The notes under the pieces: generated by a model
Databases searched by the model: none
What the model was told of the DNA's origin: nothing
Seen by the model: the letters and a program-made list of their open reading frames with translations, nothing else
Assembly (NCBI GenBank): GCA_965237675.1
Contig: OZ250150.1
Coordinates: 4,032,001 to 4,096,000 of the forward strand
DNA length: 64,000 bases
Direction: 5' to 3'
DNA from: Candidatus Latescibacterota bacterium
Lineage (GTDB): Bacteria > Latescibacterota > UBA2968 > GCA-2709665
Position numbers and translations under genes: made by a program
Shown here: in pieces, positions 25,857 through 35,519 of the stretch
Numbering within the stretch: position 1 is the first letter of the stretch
Layout of the letters: every line of letters begins with the position of its first letter

Positions 25857-27638
25857 TTAGATCTCTTCCAACTCCCGGGTCAACTGCTGGCGACGGTGCA
25901 TGTCGGCATAGATACCGCCGCGGTCGATCAGTTCGTCGTGCGTACCTCGTTCCGCAATCACGCCTTCATCCAGCACGACGATCTGATCCGCTTCCTGCAC
26001 GGTTGAGATGCGGTGCGCAATCAGAATCGTCGTTCTGGAGCCCATTACCTCTCGCAGGCGGTTCAATATCCCCTCTTCGGTCTGTGTATCGACGCTGGCA
26101 AGCGCATCATCCAGGATCAGAATCTCCGGCCGACGGATCACAGCGCGGGCCAACGCAGTACGCTGCTTCTGGCCACCCGACAATGTGACGCCACGCTCTC
26201 CGATCACCGTCTCGATCCCCTGCGGGAAATTCGAAAGATCGCTCGAAAGACCGGCAACGCGGCTCGCCCACTCTACGTCCGCCTCCGACGCCTGATCACT
26301 CCCAAGGCAGATATTCTCCCGAAGCGAGTCCGAAAACAGAAACGTGTCCTGCGGCACAAAACCGATGGACGCCCGAAGCGTAGCCAGCGGGATTTCATCC
26401 ACGGGAACGCCGTCGATCAGTACGGTGCCCTTTGTGGCCTGGATCAAGCGAGGGATCAGCCGCGCCAACGTGGTCTTTCCCGATCCCACGCGTCCAACCA
26501 CCGCCAACGTGCTTCCCCTGGGGATATGCAGATCGATGTCTCTCAATGCCGGTACGCCGTTGAACGAAAACGTCAGATTCCGGAACTCAATCTCGCCGCC
26601 GAGCGCCCCGATCGTCCTCACTTGCGCCGAATCCTGAATCTCGGGTGTTATCGCGAGAATTTCTTCAATCCGCTTCATGGACGCCAGGCCCCGTTGGTAG
26701 CGGTCGAACATCCATCCCAATGTAATCATCGGAAAGATCAGCCTGGTCAGGTACGCGTTGAATGCCACAAAATCCCCCAGGGTCAGCCGACCCTCAATCA
26801 CGTGCGCGCCCCCAACCCAGAGAATGACTGCCAACGATACCCCACTGATCAGAAAGGTCAGCGGAAATAGAAAGCTCTGAATACGAATCAGCCTTCGGTT
26901 CTTGACCAGGTAGTCCCGGCTCAACTCGTCGAACGCATCCGTCTCCGCCCTCCCCTGTGCGAATGCCTTTACCACTCGGATGCCCGACAGGTTCTCCTGA
27001 ACCCGGGCGCTGATTCGCGAAAACTGTTCCTGTACGGATCGAAACCCGTGGTGGACCCTGCCGGCCAGACGGTACATAACCAGAGCCATCACGGGCATTG
27101 GAACCACCGCGAAAATTGCCAGTTTCCAGTCGATCCAGCACATCACCACCATGCTGAGGGAAAGGGCCATCACCGCGCCGAACAACATGCGAACGCCGAA
27201 CCCGAGGAACATTTGGACGGCGTTCAGGTCGTTGGTGGCCCGGGAAATCAAATCCCCGGTTGGCGCCTGTTGGAAGTAGCTCTGGGACAGTCTCAACAAT
27301 GCCTTGAAGTAATTCCTGCGAATATCGTATTCGACCAGGCGCGAAACGCTGTTGAGGCACCAGCGCATGACCATTTCGAGCCCCATCTGCGCCAGCGCAA
27401 GCCCGAGGATCGACAATACCCAAAAAACAACCTGCGCACCAACATCACCCCCCGATGTCTCGATCCGGCCCTGTGCGCCGTCCATCCGTTCCTTTACGAG
27501 GTCAACCGCCTCTCTTAATGCAAGCGGAATCGCGCTCGACGCCAACTGTCCGATCGATAACAGAAACAACCCCAGAAGAATGCGCTTCTTATAGGGTTTC
27601 AGATAGGTCCGGAACGGCTTGAATGGATTCAGCGTCAT
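25857..27638 (-). CDS. ABC exporter TMD-NBD half (MdlA/YheI-like, degenerate Walker B DD)
   Basis: GRVGSGKT, LSGGQKQR, ILDDALASVD; heterodimer partner of 23755-25539. Confidence 0.95.
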   Translation of the reverse strand: MTLNPFKPFRTYLKPYKKRILLGLFLLSIGQLASSAIPLALREAVDLVKERMDGAQGRIETSGGDVGAQVVFWVLSILGLALAQMGLEMVMRWCLNSVSRLVEYDIRRNYFKALLRLSQSYFQQAPTGDLISRATNDLNAVQMFLGFGVRMLFGAVMALSLSMVVMCWIDWKLAIFAVVPMPVMALVMYRLAGRVHHGFRSVQEQFSRISARVQENLSGIRVVKAFAQGRAETDAFDELSRDYLVKNRRLIRIQSFLFPLTFLISGVSLAVILWVGGAHVIEGRLTLGDFVAFNAYLTRLIFPMITLGWMFDRYQRGLASMKRIEEILAITPEIQDSAQVRTIGALGGEIEFRNLTFSFNGVPALRDIDLHIPRGSTLAVVGRVGSGKTTLARLIPRLIQATKGTVLIDGVPVDEIPLATLRASIGFVPQDTFLFSDSLRENICLGSDQASEADVEWASRVAGLSSDLSNFPQGIETVIGERGVTLSGGQKQRTALARAVIRRPEILILDDALASVDTQTEEGILNRLREVMGSRTTILIAHRISTVQEADQIVVLDEGVIAERGTHDELIDRGGIYADMHRRQQLTRELEEI

Positions 27639-27746
27639 CGTTTTTTCCGTATGGTCTTTGCCTCGGTCTGCCGATGTTGCAACGGTCAGCCATGAATCCG
27701 TGTGTTCGTGGTACCGGCAGCCTGGAGCCGGAGAACGGCGAGACGC

Positions 27747-28064
27747 CTAGACTTCCTCGTGCCACCGGTAGACATCCAGATCCACTTTCCCCTTCACAAA
27801 CGTCACGCCCTCAGCCTCCAGGAGCTTTTCCTGGACCCAATGCGCCTTCCTGGCTCCCGTGCGAATCGACACCGTCCCCCGCGCGTTGATCACCCGATGC
27901 CACGGACATTTCGCACCTACCGGCAACGCCTTGAGCGCCTGCCCCACCTGCCTGGGGCCCACGCCCACAATCTCGGCAATCTGACCGTAGGTGGCCACGG
28001 TACCTTCGGGAATCCGACCGACCTCCCGATAGATCCTTCGAAACGTGCGCTCAAATTCCGGCAT
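27747..28064 (-). CDS. Alkyltransferase-like (ATL/YbaZ, MGMT family) DNA-binding protein
   Basis: IPEGTVATYGQIA...PRQVG...PWHRV, with Trp replacing the acceptor Cys; start MPEF. Confidence 0.88.
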   Translation of the reverse strand: MPEFERTFRRIYREVGRIPEGTVATYGQIAEIVGVGPRQVGQALKALPVGAKCPWHRVINARGTVSIRTGARKAHWVQEKLLEAEGVTFVKGKVDLDVYRWHEEV

Positions 28065-28120
28065 GCCTGGGATTGCCTTTCCGAAGACGATTGATCCCGC
28101 CAGGTCCGGCCCCTTAGTTG

Positions 28121-28311
28121 GTGTCCTTTCTCGGAAATATGCCACCATTCTTCCCTGTCTGCGTGCGTGAGGCTGCACGCACAGGCAGGCGCCGATTCAT
28201 CCCGTCTCGTTGCGTTGCCTTCGCTCACCGATCTTCCGCAGGTCGCAGGCGCCTTGCGAGCCGGGCGACTCGTCGGCCGAATTTCGGCAATCTATTTCCC
28301 GGACAGAACAC
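28121..28311. mobile_element. MITE / structured repeat, copy 1 (191 bp)
   Basis: TIRs GTGTCCTTTCTCGGAAATA / GTGTTCTGTCCGGGAAATA; near-identical inverted copy at 48124-48344; abuts the aminopeptidase stop codon. Confidence 0.8.
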
Positions 28312-29384
28312 TAGGGACAGCCAGCCTGCCGCTTCCTTCCATCGATTCCCTGCAACCACACCTCCAGATACCGTTCCGGGTCCGTTTGCGACGCACATTC
28401 CTTGAACACCCGGACCGCGGCCTCCAGATCCTCTCCAAGCGCCCGGTACACACGATCCAAGACATCCGCCTTTTCGTGGTACGTCCGGTAGGCCATCATC
28501 ACGGCGTTATTCAAACGCCGCTGCGGAAAACGAGAATACGCGTTGGTCCTTAAATCCAGCCGGGCAAACCGGATTTTTGCACTTTCAAATATGACCTCTC
28601 GCTCTCTTACCTTCTCGTCATAGGAACGGTCCGTGGCATAAAGTGCCTTCAGATCCTCCCCGACGGCGTGCATGAAACGATTGAACGTCCGTTCGTCGTA
28701 CCGCCTGTCCAAGATGTCCCGGACGACTTCGGCCCCCATGCCGTGGCGCATCTGGCTGAACAGCAGGGCGCCGGCTTCGCCCACGAAAGTCGCCAGGCTC
28801 TCATTGAATGACACATGGTCCGATATCCACACTGTCGAATGGGCCAGTTCGTGGATGACGAGTTCGGCCAGGTCCTCGTCTCGATAGCGGAGCATGGTGC
28901 TCAGGATCGGATCTTCAAACCAACCCAGGGTGCTGTAGGCGCCAACAGGCCGCAGGGAGGTATCGAAGTGCCGCGCCTCCAGCCGGTCCCGTTCCCTTTT
29001 TGCCCGGTCCAGGTCAAAATAACCCCGGTAGGGAAACCGTCCAACTACCGGGTACGTCCAATGCACCGGCTCGAGCCGGTCCTTCGGCGAAGCGGTCAGT
29101 TGCCAGGAGACTGGGCCTTCACCGATATCGATGTAGGTGCTGTAGTTTCCGGATCCGGCGAGACCGATCCGTTCTTCGGCGAAACTTCGAACTTGCCGGA
29201 TGAATTCAAGGCGCTCCCTGACGTGTGGATCCACATCCGGCCGAGCCAGCACGTGTGCGATCGGCTTCCTGTTCAGAAGCAACGTCGCCTGACCCCGGAC
29301 AAGGTGAATGTAGTAACCTAAATCCAAATCGAAACTGCAAATCAGGGGCAAGAGAACGACCAGTACCGAGTGCGGCCGGCTCAT
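28311..29384 (-). CDS. Putative zinc aminopeptidase (DUF2265-like)
   Basis: PYRGYF, AYSTLGWFEDP, HELAH plus FNESLATFVG gluzincin motif. Confidence 0.88.
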   Translation of the reverse strand: MSRPHSVLVVLLPLICSFDLDLGYYIHLVRGQATLLLNRKPIAHVLARPDVDPHVRERLEFIRQVRSFAEERIGLAGSGNYSTYIDIGEGPVSWQLTASPKDRLEPVHWTYPVVGRFPYRGYFDLDRAKRERDRLEARHFDTSLRPVGAYSTLGWFEDPILSTMLRYRDEDLAELVIHELAHSTVWISDHVSFNESLATFVGEAGALLFSQMRHGMGAEVVRDILDRRYDERTFNRFMHAVGEDLKALYATDRSYDEKVREREVIFESAKIRFARLDLRTNAYSRFPQRRLNNAVMMAYRTYHEKADVLDRVYRALGEDLEAAVRVFKECASQTDPERYLEVWLQGIDGRKRQAGCP

Positions 29385-29956
29385 CGCTGAGGATCCACAT
29401 CCATGAAATAGTAACAGATGATGTGCTGCAGAACCATATGCATGTCCTCAACACGGCCCATGTGGTCCGACCCAACCACGATGCAGTGTTGTGCCAGATC
29501 TTTCAGCTTACCGCCACCGAATCCGGTAAAACCGACCGTACGGCAACCCATGCCGTTTGCAAAACGCACGGCACGGAGTACGTTATCGGAGTTCCCGCTC
29601 CCGCTGATAGCCAGTAACACGTCCCCCGGTTCCGCGAAATTCTTCATCTGCTCAACAAAAACGTCTTCGTAACACAGGTCGTTGCTCAACGCCGTCATCC
29701 ACTCCACGTTGTCGGTCAGGGGAATCACCTTGAAGCGCTTCTCACGCCCCACGGACGCCCCCTTTCCCATGTCGTTTACAAAGTGTGAGGCCGTACCGGC
29801 ACTGCCCCCGTTTCCCACCGCGAAGATCCGCTTGCCAGCGTCTCTGGCTTCTCGCATGGTCTCCACAACCGACGCGATCTGCCCGGGATCCAACGTCGCC
29901 AGCAGTCTCTTGTTTTCTTCAATATACGCCGCAGCAAAGGTTTCAACAGATTCCAT
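29381..29956 (-). CDS. SIS-domain protein, GmhA/phosphoheptose isomerase family
   Basis: GNGGSA, ALSND, ISGSGNS, VEDMH; start MESV with GGAGG. Confidence 0.88.
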   Translation of the reverse strand: MESVETFAAAYIEENKRLLATLDPGQIASVVETMREARDAGKRIFAVGNGGSAGTASHFVNDMGKGASVGREKRFKVIPLTDNVEWMTALSNDLCYEDVFVEQMKNFAEPGDVLLAISGSGNSDNVLRAVRFANGMGCRTVGFTGFGGGKLKDLAQHCIVVGSDHMGRVEDMHMVLQHIICYYFMDVDPQR

Positions 29957-30034
29957 AGAATCCTCCAACGGGTTGACCCGATCCCTCATCGCCCTCGGTT
30001 CAGGTGTCTTTGCCGGGCGGTCTGTCGGGTCAAC

Positions 30035-30892
30035 TCAGCGCAATCCTGCCGCCCGCCACGCTTCATCCAACCCCCGATGGGTGACCCGTACCGCTTCGTT
30101 TGAAGGCAACTGTCCCAACCTGCGGCAGAAGGGTTCGGGCGTTACCGGTCCGCCGTACCCGATCTCATTCAGCACCTTCAGGAAACCCACCAGATCGATG
30201 ACACCGGTCTCGGACGGGAGTGCGCGGACCTGATCCAGCTGATCCTCGACGGCCACTCCGGCGGGCGCGTCGTTCACGTGGACGTGAATGACGTCTTTCG
30301 GACCGAGCCCCTTGAGATCGGCAGGTGTCCCCAGCGAAGTATACCAATGCCAACAGTCCAGCAACAATCCGGCATTGCCGGTGCCCAGCGCCTCGCAGAA
30401 TCCCAGCATCCCCCCAATCGTATAGATAAACCCGTACTTCCTTTCGAGCCGTAAAGTTCGCGGTCCGATGAACTCCAGCCCAAGGCTGCACCCGTGGTCC
30501 TTCAACACGTCAGATATCGGCCTGATGCGGCTCAGACACCAGCGATATTGTTCGCGAAACCTCCGCTCATCGGAAGCCGGTGTAATCCACTGTGAAACCC
30601 GGTACGCACCCACCGATGCGCCGATGGCGGCGTACTTCGGCAATGCCCGCAGATCACGCTCGAAATCCTCCTGAGGACCGTTCCAGGCCACCGGCAACCC
30701 CCACGCACCGATCTTCAGGCCAGCCTCGGAAAACAACCCTTTGACGTAGTCAGCACCGCCCTCATCCGTAAGACGCGCCACATCGCGGATGTTGATGTCC
30801 AGACCTTGAAATCCCCCGGTTTTTGCGTACACCAGTCCTTCCGTGAGCGTCGCTTTGACTCCGATGGCGCCCGGCGCCAGGCACTTAAACAC
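30035..30892 (-). CDS. Sugar phosphate isomerase/epimerase (xylose-isomerase-like TIM barrel)
   Basis: LEFIGP, LLDCWHW, HVHVND, R..P, VTPEPF metal ligands; GTG start with GGAGG. Confidence 0.85.
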   Translation of the reverse strand: MFKCLAPGAIGVKATLTEGLVYAKTGGFQGLDINIRDVARLTDEGGADYVKGLFSEAGLKIGAWGLPVAWNGPQEDFERDLRALPKYAAIGASVGAYRVSQWITPASDERRFREQYRWCLSRIRPISDVLKDHGCSLGLEFIGPRTLRLERKYGFIYTIGGMLGFCEALGTGNAGLLLDCWHWYTSLGTPADLKGLGPKDVIHVHVNDAPAGVAVEDQLDQVRALPSETGVIDLVGFLKVLNEIGYGGPVTPEPFCRRLGQLPSNEAVRVTHRGLDEAWRAAGLR

Positions 30893-31084
30893 GTGATCCT
30901 CCGTTGTCCGTCGGGTCCTGACGGTTTTATGAGGCTCGGTCACCTCTCACGTTCGTCAGCCGGACGGGCGACCACGGGAATCTGGCCGTCGCCTCCGACC
31001 ATAGCCCCGTACGGCAGACCGAATGCCGGATCCGGCACGAAACGGTTCGGGCCGAAAAATCGTACGATATTCCGATTACGACCA

Positions 31085-32182
31085 TCAATTCAACGCCACC
31101 TTATGCGCTTCCAACACGTCCGGGTTCAATTCCACCCCCAGGCCAGGCCGTCGGCCAGGGCGGATGCGGCCGTTAACGATCTCTTCCGGAGGGATCGTCA
31201 ACTCCTTTCGCCAGGGAATCTCGCCCCAACCGAATTCCAGGATCAGAAAACCGGGATGCGAGGCCATTGCATGCATCCCGGCGCTTACGGCAACGGGTCC
31301 GAACGGACCGTGCGGCGCCGTCGGTACGCCGAACGTCTCTGCCATCTCCGCGATCCCTTTCAGTTCCGCGATGCCCCCCACAACCGTCACGTCCGGCATG
31401 ACCACATCCATCGCTGCGTTTTCGAGAACCTCCCGGAATCCACCGCGCAACATTCGCTGTTCGCCACCGGCCGTACGTATTCCGCAACGCCGCTTCACCT
31501 CAACGACGGCATCCATTTTGGTTTCGGGAACGGGCTGTTCGAACCAGAAGAGGTCCAGATCACACAGTGCGTCGGCGGTCTCCAGGGCGCCCCTTACCGT
31601 GAAGTGGCTATGGCAGTCGACCAACAGATCCACATCGGGTCCGACCGCCCGGCGTACCGCCTGTACCCGAGCGACGCCCAACCCGGATTCCGCCACAGAA
31701 TCAATGTTGTGCGGCATCTCGTCAAACGGCGCCAGCTTGACGGCATCGAAGCCCTCGGCGACTGCCTCAGCCGCAAGCGCTGCGAATTTCTCGGGTCTGC
31801 GATCGGTCGATGCCCTGTTGATGTTGGCATACAGACGGACTTCCTCGCGGACCGGGCCCCCCAGCAACGTGTAAACCGGTACGTCGAGCGCCTTTCCCAG
31901 TAGATCCCACAACGCCTGCTCCAGTGCGCTGACCGCGCTGATCATATCCCTGTTATTTGCAATCCGGTTAAACCTGTTTGAAAAATCCCGAATCCGCCGG
32001 GGATCCCGGCCACGTAACCATTCGGCCAACGCCATCGTTGCCCTGATTCGACACTCGTAATTCCTGCCTGCGCGCAACTCTCCGAGACCGCGAAGTCCCT
32101 CATCAGTGTTTATGTATACAAAGACCCAGTCTCCCCGGTGGTTCACCCGCACCGATGCCAGATCAACACCGGTAATTTTCAT
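31085..32182 (-). CDS. Mandelate racemase/galactonate dehydratase (DgoD-like) enolase-superfamily enzyme
   Basis: ALWDLLGK, LLGG, YANIN, VDCH, FEQP, GGE, APH, PGLGVEL. Confidence 0.9.
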   Translation of the reverse strand: MKITGVDLASVRVNHRGDWVFVYINTDEGLRGLGELRAGRNYECRIRATMALAEWLRGRDPRRIRDFSNRFNRIANNRDMISAVSALEQALWDLLGKALDVPVYTLLGGPVREEVRLYANINRASTDRRPEKFAALAAEAVAEGFDAVKLAPFDEMPHNIDSVAESGLGVARVQAVRRAVGPDVDLLVDCHSHFTVRGALETADALCDLDLFWFEQPVPETKMDAVVEVKRRCGIRTAGGEQRMLRGGFREVLENAAMDVVMPDVTVVGGIAELKGIAEMAETFGVPTAPHGPFGPVAVSAGMHAMASHPGFLILEFGWGEIPWRKELTIPPEEIVNGRIRPGRRPGLGVELNPDVLEAHKVALN

Positions 32183-33258
32183 GCGACCCGCCTGTGACCG
32201 TAGACTTCCGCAACGCGCGATGCAATGCTGTGCCAGTCCAGGGATTTTGCGCCTTCAAACGCCGCACGGCCCGCCTTGTCGAGGTCGCGCCGCCTAATGT
32301 CAAGCAGCGCATGTGACAGAGCCCCGGCATCTCTCGGGTCGTACAAAATACCCATCGATTCGTCGACCAACTCCGGAAGACATCCCAGCGCCGGCACAAT
32401 GACCGGTTTCCCGAAAGAAAGAGCGGCGATTGCAGACCCGGATGTCAGCACTTGCGTAAATGGCAGCACGACGACGTCTGCCGCATTCAAATAGATCTGA
32501 AAATCCTCATTCGGGAAGAAAGTATGCGTAAACACGTGAATGCGATCATCCTCTTCCGTCATGCCGATTACCCGGTCGGCGTGACTTCCGTCGTAAGCCC
32601 TTCGGGTCATGATGGCCAGCCTCGTATCGGAGCCCGCGCACTCGCGATAGGCATCGATCAGGTTTTCTATTCCCTTATAGACTCTGGCGTTTCCGAAAAA
32701 CAAATATACAAACGCATCCTCAGGCAGACCTAACCGGCGCCTGGCTTCGTCCCGCGAGATCACATTGGGAAAAATGTCGATATAATGGCCGTGTGGAATG
32801 ACATGCAGATCGTCGTTACGAAAAAACAGCTTGCGCGCAAGACCCGCACCGTAGTGACAGTGCGCAATCATTCCGTCCGCCAGCCGCGCCACGACCAGCC
32901 GCGCCAGATGATCCAGGTCCGGAAACGGCCGTTCGTGGGGATACCGGTTGTGCAGCGTCCACACGACCCGGTACCCCAACTCCTTGGCGTAATGTAGATT
33001 GTCCGCGAATGTGTTAAGGCGGGATACCGATTCCTCGAGGGTCTCGCACCGGTAGAACCAGTGAAGCCAATTCAGATGCAACACGGAGTAGTCGTCTCGA
33101 GAGGCCTCAAGCCAATCCCGCTGGAACGCGTAGTCGCCCAGTTGAAGGTGAATATCCAGCTTTGCCAGGTCGTGGGCAAGCAGCGGCCCGTAGGGATTGC
33201 ACTTGTCTTGAAGTGCCAGACCGCCAGCCCCGGCTTCCCAGAAAAAGAAAGCCCGCAT
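32179..33258 (-). CDS. Glycosyltransferase family 4 (GT-B)
   Basis: NPY, WTLHN, IPHG, FFGNARVYKG, ADVVVLPF...TSGS...SFGKPVI. Confidence 0.88.
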   Translation of the reverse strand: MRAFFFWEAGAGGLALQDKCNPYGPLLAHDLAKLDIHLQLGDYAFQRDWLEASRDDYSVLHLNWLHWFYRCETLEESVSRLNTFADNLHYAKELGYRVVWTLHNRYPHERPFPDLDHLARLVVARLADGMIAHCHYGAGLARKLFFRNDDLHVIPHGHYIDIFPNVISRDEARRRLGLPEDAFVYLFFGNARVYKGIENLIDAYRECAGSDTRLAIMTRRAYDGSHADRVIGMTEEDDRIHVFTHTFFPNEDFQIYLNAADVVVLPFTQVLTSGSAIAALSFGKPVIVPALGCLPELVDESMGILYDPRDAGALSHALLDIRRRDLDKAGRAAFEGAKSLDWHSIASRVAEVYGHRRVA

Positions 33259-33261
33259 GGG

Positions 33262-34206
33262 TCAATATCCCTTTTTCTTGTCTATCACGCTCAGCAGCGG
33301 CTGCCCGGCATCCAACCGCTTCAGGTTCTCACAAAACAGGTTCACAATGCGATCCTGCCTGTTGGGCGACCCGCCGGCGGTATGCGGGGTTATCAACACG
33401 TTTTCCATCTCCCACAGCGGATGACCCGGAGGAAGTGGCTCAACGGGTACAACATCCAGGCCCGCCCCGGCGATCCTTCCTCGATCCAGGGCCGCGACCA
33501 GCGCATTCTCGTCCATAATTCCTCCCCGGGTTACATTGATCAAAAGCGCATTGGATTTCATCGCATGGAACGCGTCTTCATCGAACATACCCCGGGTTTC
33601 CGGCGTGAGCGGCGCACACACAGCCACGACGTCGGACTGTTTCAGCAGGTCGAAGAACCGGTTCAATTTCCAGCAAGCAGCCACACAGTCCGGTACCTCC
33701 ACCTCTTCGGGGTCGACCGCGATGACGCGCATTCCGAACGCGTGCGCTCTCACGGCAAGTTCACGCCCTGTACCGCCCAGACCCACGATGCCCATCGTCA
33801 GATCGACCAACTCCCGGCTCGCGTTTCGGATCGCCATCCGCTGGTCCCACACGGGTTTCCTTACGGCCAGGGCGATGCCGCGCGTGAGCCCCAGCAATAA
33901 CGCCATGGCGTGTTCAGCCAGATGCACGCCCACCGTACCTCGACCGCTAGTCAAAACAACGTTGCTGTCCACAAACGCTTTAAATAACTGGCCGTCCACC
34001 CCGGCACCCCAGGTCTGTACCCACCGCAATCGTTCCCCGCGCCGGAACATCTCGGCACTCAAACTGCCAAAAACCACCTCCACATGTGGCATGACCTTCA
34101 GCAATTCGGCTTCGGACTCGGGCATTATCAATTCCACACCCGCAACCGTCGACCGAATCTGTTCCATGTGATGATCCGCCAACTCCACGCGCGCCAATAT
34201 GTTCAT
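33262..34206 (-). CDS. D-2-hydroxyacid dehydrogenase family
   Basis: GAGVD, GLGGTG, NVTRG, LDVVPVEP, TPHTAG. Confidence 0.92.
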   Translation of the reverse strand: MNILARVELADHHMEQIRSTVAGVELIMPESEAELLKVMPHVEVVFGSLSAEMFRRGERLRWVQTWGAGVDGQLFKAFVDSNVVLTSGRGTVGVHLAEHAMALLLGLTRGIALAVRKPVWDQRMAIRNASRELVDLTMGIVGLGGTGRELAVRAHAFGMRVIAVDPEEVEVPDCVAACWKLNRFFDLLKQSDVVAVCAPLTPETRGMFDEDAFHAMKSNALLINVTRGGIMDENALVAALDRGRIAGAGLDVVPVEPLPPGHPLWEMENVLITPHTAGGSPNRQDRIVNLFCENLKRLDAGQPLLSVIDKKKGY

Positions 34207-34253
34207 TACGTCGTCTCTCTGATCCGAAATGAGAAGATTGCCCGTCGGTTGCG

Positions 34254-35501
34254 CTAGAATACCTCCTCGGCGGAGGCGCGAACGGCGGCTGAAAGGGCAT
34301 CGATTTTTTCGTCGGGGAACCAGGGATTAACGCTGGTGAGCAGCAGAACCCGCTGGAGCAGGTCTTCCGTCCGTGGGCACAGCCCCGGCCCATAAGTGAC
34401 CTCGCCGTCGTACATCGGCGACTTCCAGGGATTCGCGTGTGGCGAAGCCGTGGCCTGGTTCTGGATGGGCGGTCCCATGTAAACAGGCTTTCCACTATAC
34501 CCCAGCCCGGCTGAAAACCCCCGGGCGCGCATTGCCTTCGCAAACCGGGCGCAGGTGTGCCGATCTTCAAAGACGAGATCCCAGTGCACTCCGAGGTGGC
34601 CGTCTTCGTCGTTTGTCGGCCTGATTTTCACCCCGGGCAAACCGGCGACTCCCTTCTGAAATCGCCGGAATTTGCGACGCAGGTTCTCGACAATTCCATC
34701 CATCTTCTGAAGCTGCGCAAGCGCAACCGCCCCCGTCATCTCGGGCATTCTGAAATTCTCGCCGACGAACGGCTCCAGGCTCGGCTCAAACCCCGGAAAT
34801 CTTGTCTTTTCCCGGAACAATCCCTGGTCGTGGTAGCGAACGGCGCGCTCGTAGAGTTCGCCGTTGTCGGACACCACCACGCCGCCCTCTCCGGAAGTGA
34901 TGATCTTTCCAAATTGCAGGCTGAACGCGCCCAGATTGCCCCACGTCCCAATGGCCTTTCCTTTGTAGGTCGCACCCGCGCTCTGGGAGCAATCTTCGAT
35001 CACCTTCAATCCATGTCGTTCCGCGACTTCCATAATGCCGTCCATCCTGCACGGTGTCCCCCACAGGTGAACAGGCAGAATCGCCTTTGTTCGGGGCGTG
35101 ACTCTGGCTTCGATGTCGTCCGGATCCAGTGTCATTGACCGGTCAACTTCGGCAAAGATCGGCACACCTCCGAGGAGGACAACTGCCCCCGGGGTGGCGA
35201 CGAATGTGACCGGCGGCATAATCACCTCGTCACCCGGACCGACTCCTGCGGCAACCAGGGCGACCTTGATTGCAGCTGTTCCGGATGTGACCGCCAGGGC
35301 GTACGCGGAATCCATTTTCCGGGCAAACCCCTGCTCGAAACGCGCCACCATATCCAGGCGGTCAGGACCGTAATCCCTGGAAAGAGATCGACTCTTTATT
35401 ACTGCCAGAACTTCCTGAACCTCCTCATCGTCAAGCACGGAAGCCCCGGAGTGGAGATTCCGTAGCGGACTTTCCGGAGGCAGTGTCCGTTTGCTTGCCA
35501 T
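34254..35501 (-). CDS. DegT/DnrJ/EryC1/StrS PLP aminotransferase
   Basis: TSGTAA, PGDEVI, EDCSQ, SLQFGKIITSGEGG (PLP Lys). Confidence 0.93.
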   Translation of the reverse strand: MASKRTLPPESPLRNLHSGASVLDDEEVQEVLAVIKSRSLSRDYGPDRLDMVARFEQGFARKMDSAYALAVTSGTAAIKVALVAAGVGPGDEVIMPPVTFVATPGAVVLLGGVPIFAEVDRSMTLDPDDIEARVTPRTKAILPVHLWGTPCRMDGIMEVAERHGLKVIEDCSQSAGATYKGKAIGTWGNLGAFSLQFGKIITSGEGGVVVSDNGELYERAVRYHDQGLFREKTRFPGFEPSLEPFVGENFRMPEMTGAVALAQLQKMDGIVENLRRKFRRFQKGVAGLPGVKIRPTNDEDGHLGVHWDLVFEDRHTCARFAKAMRARGFSAGLGYSGKPVYMGPPIQNQATASPHANPWKSPMYDGEVTYGPGLCPRTEDLLQRVLLLTSVNPWFPDEKIDALSAAVRASAEEVF

Positions 35502-35519
35502 CCCGATTTCTCCGTTGCG

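Noticed and set aside
27747-28064. Active O6-methylguanine methyltransferase (ogt)
   Set aside because: PWHRV replaces the PCHRV acceptor motif.
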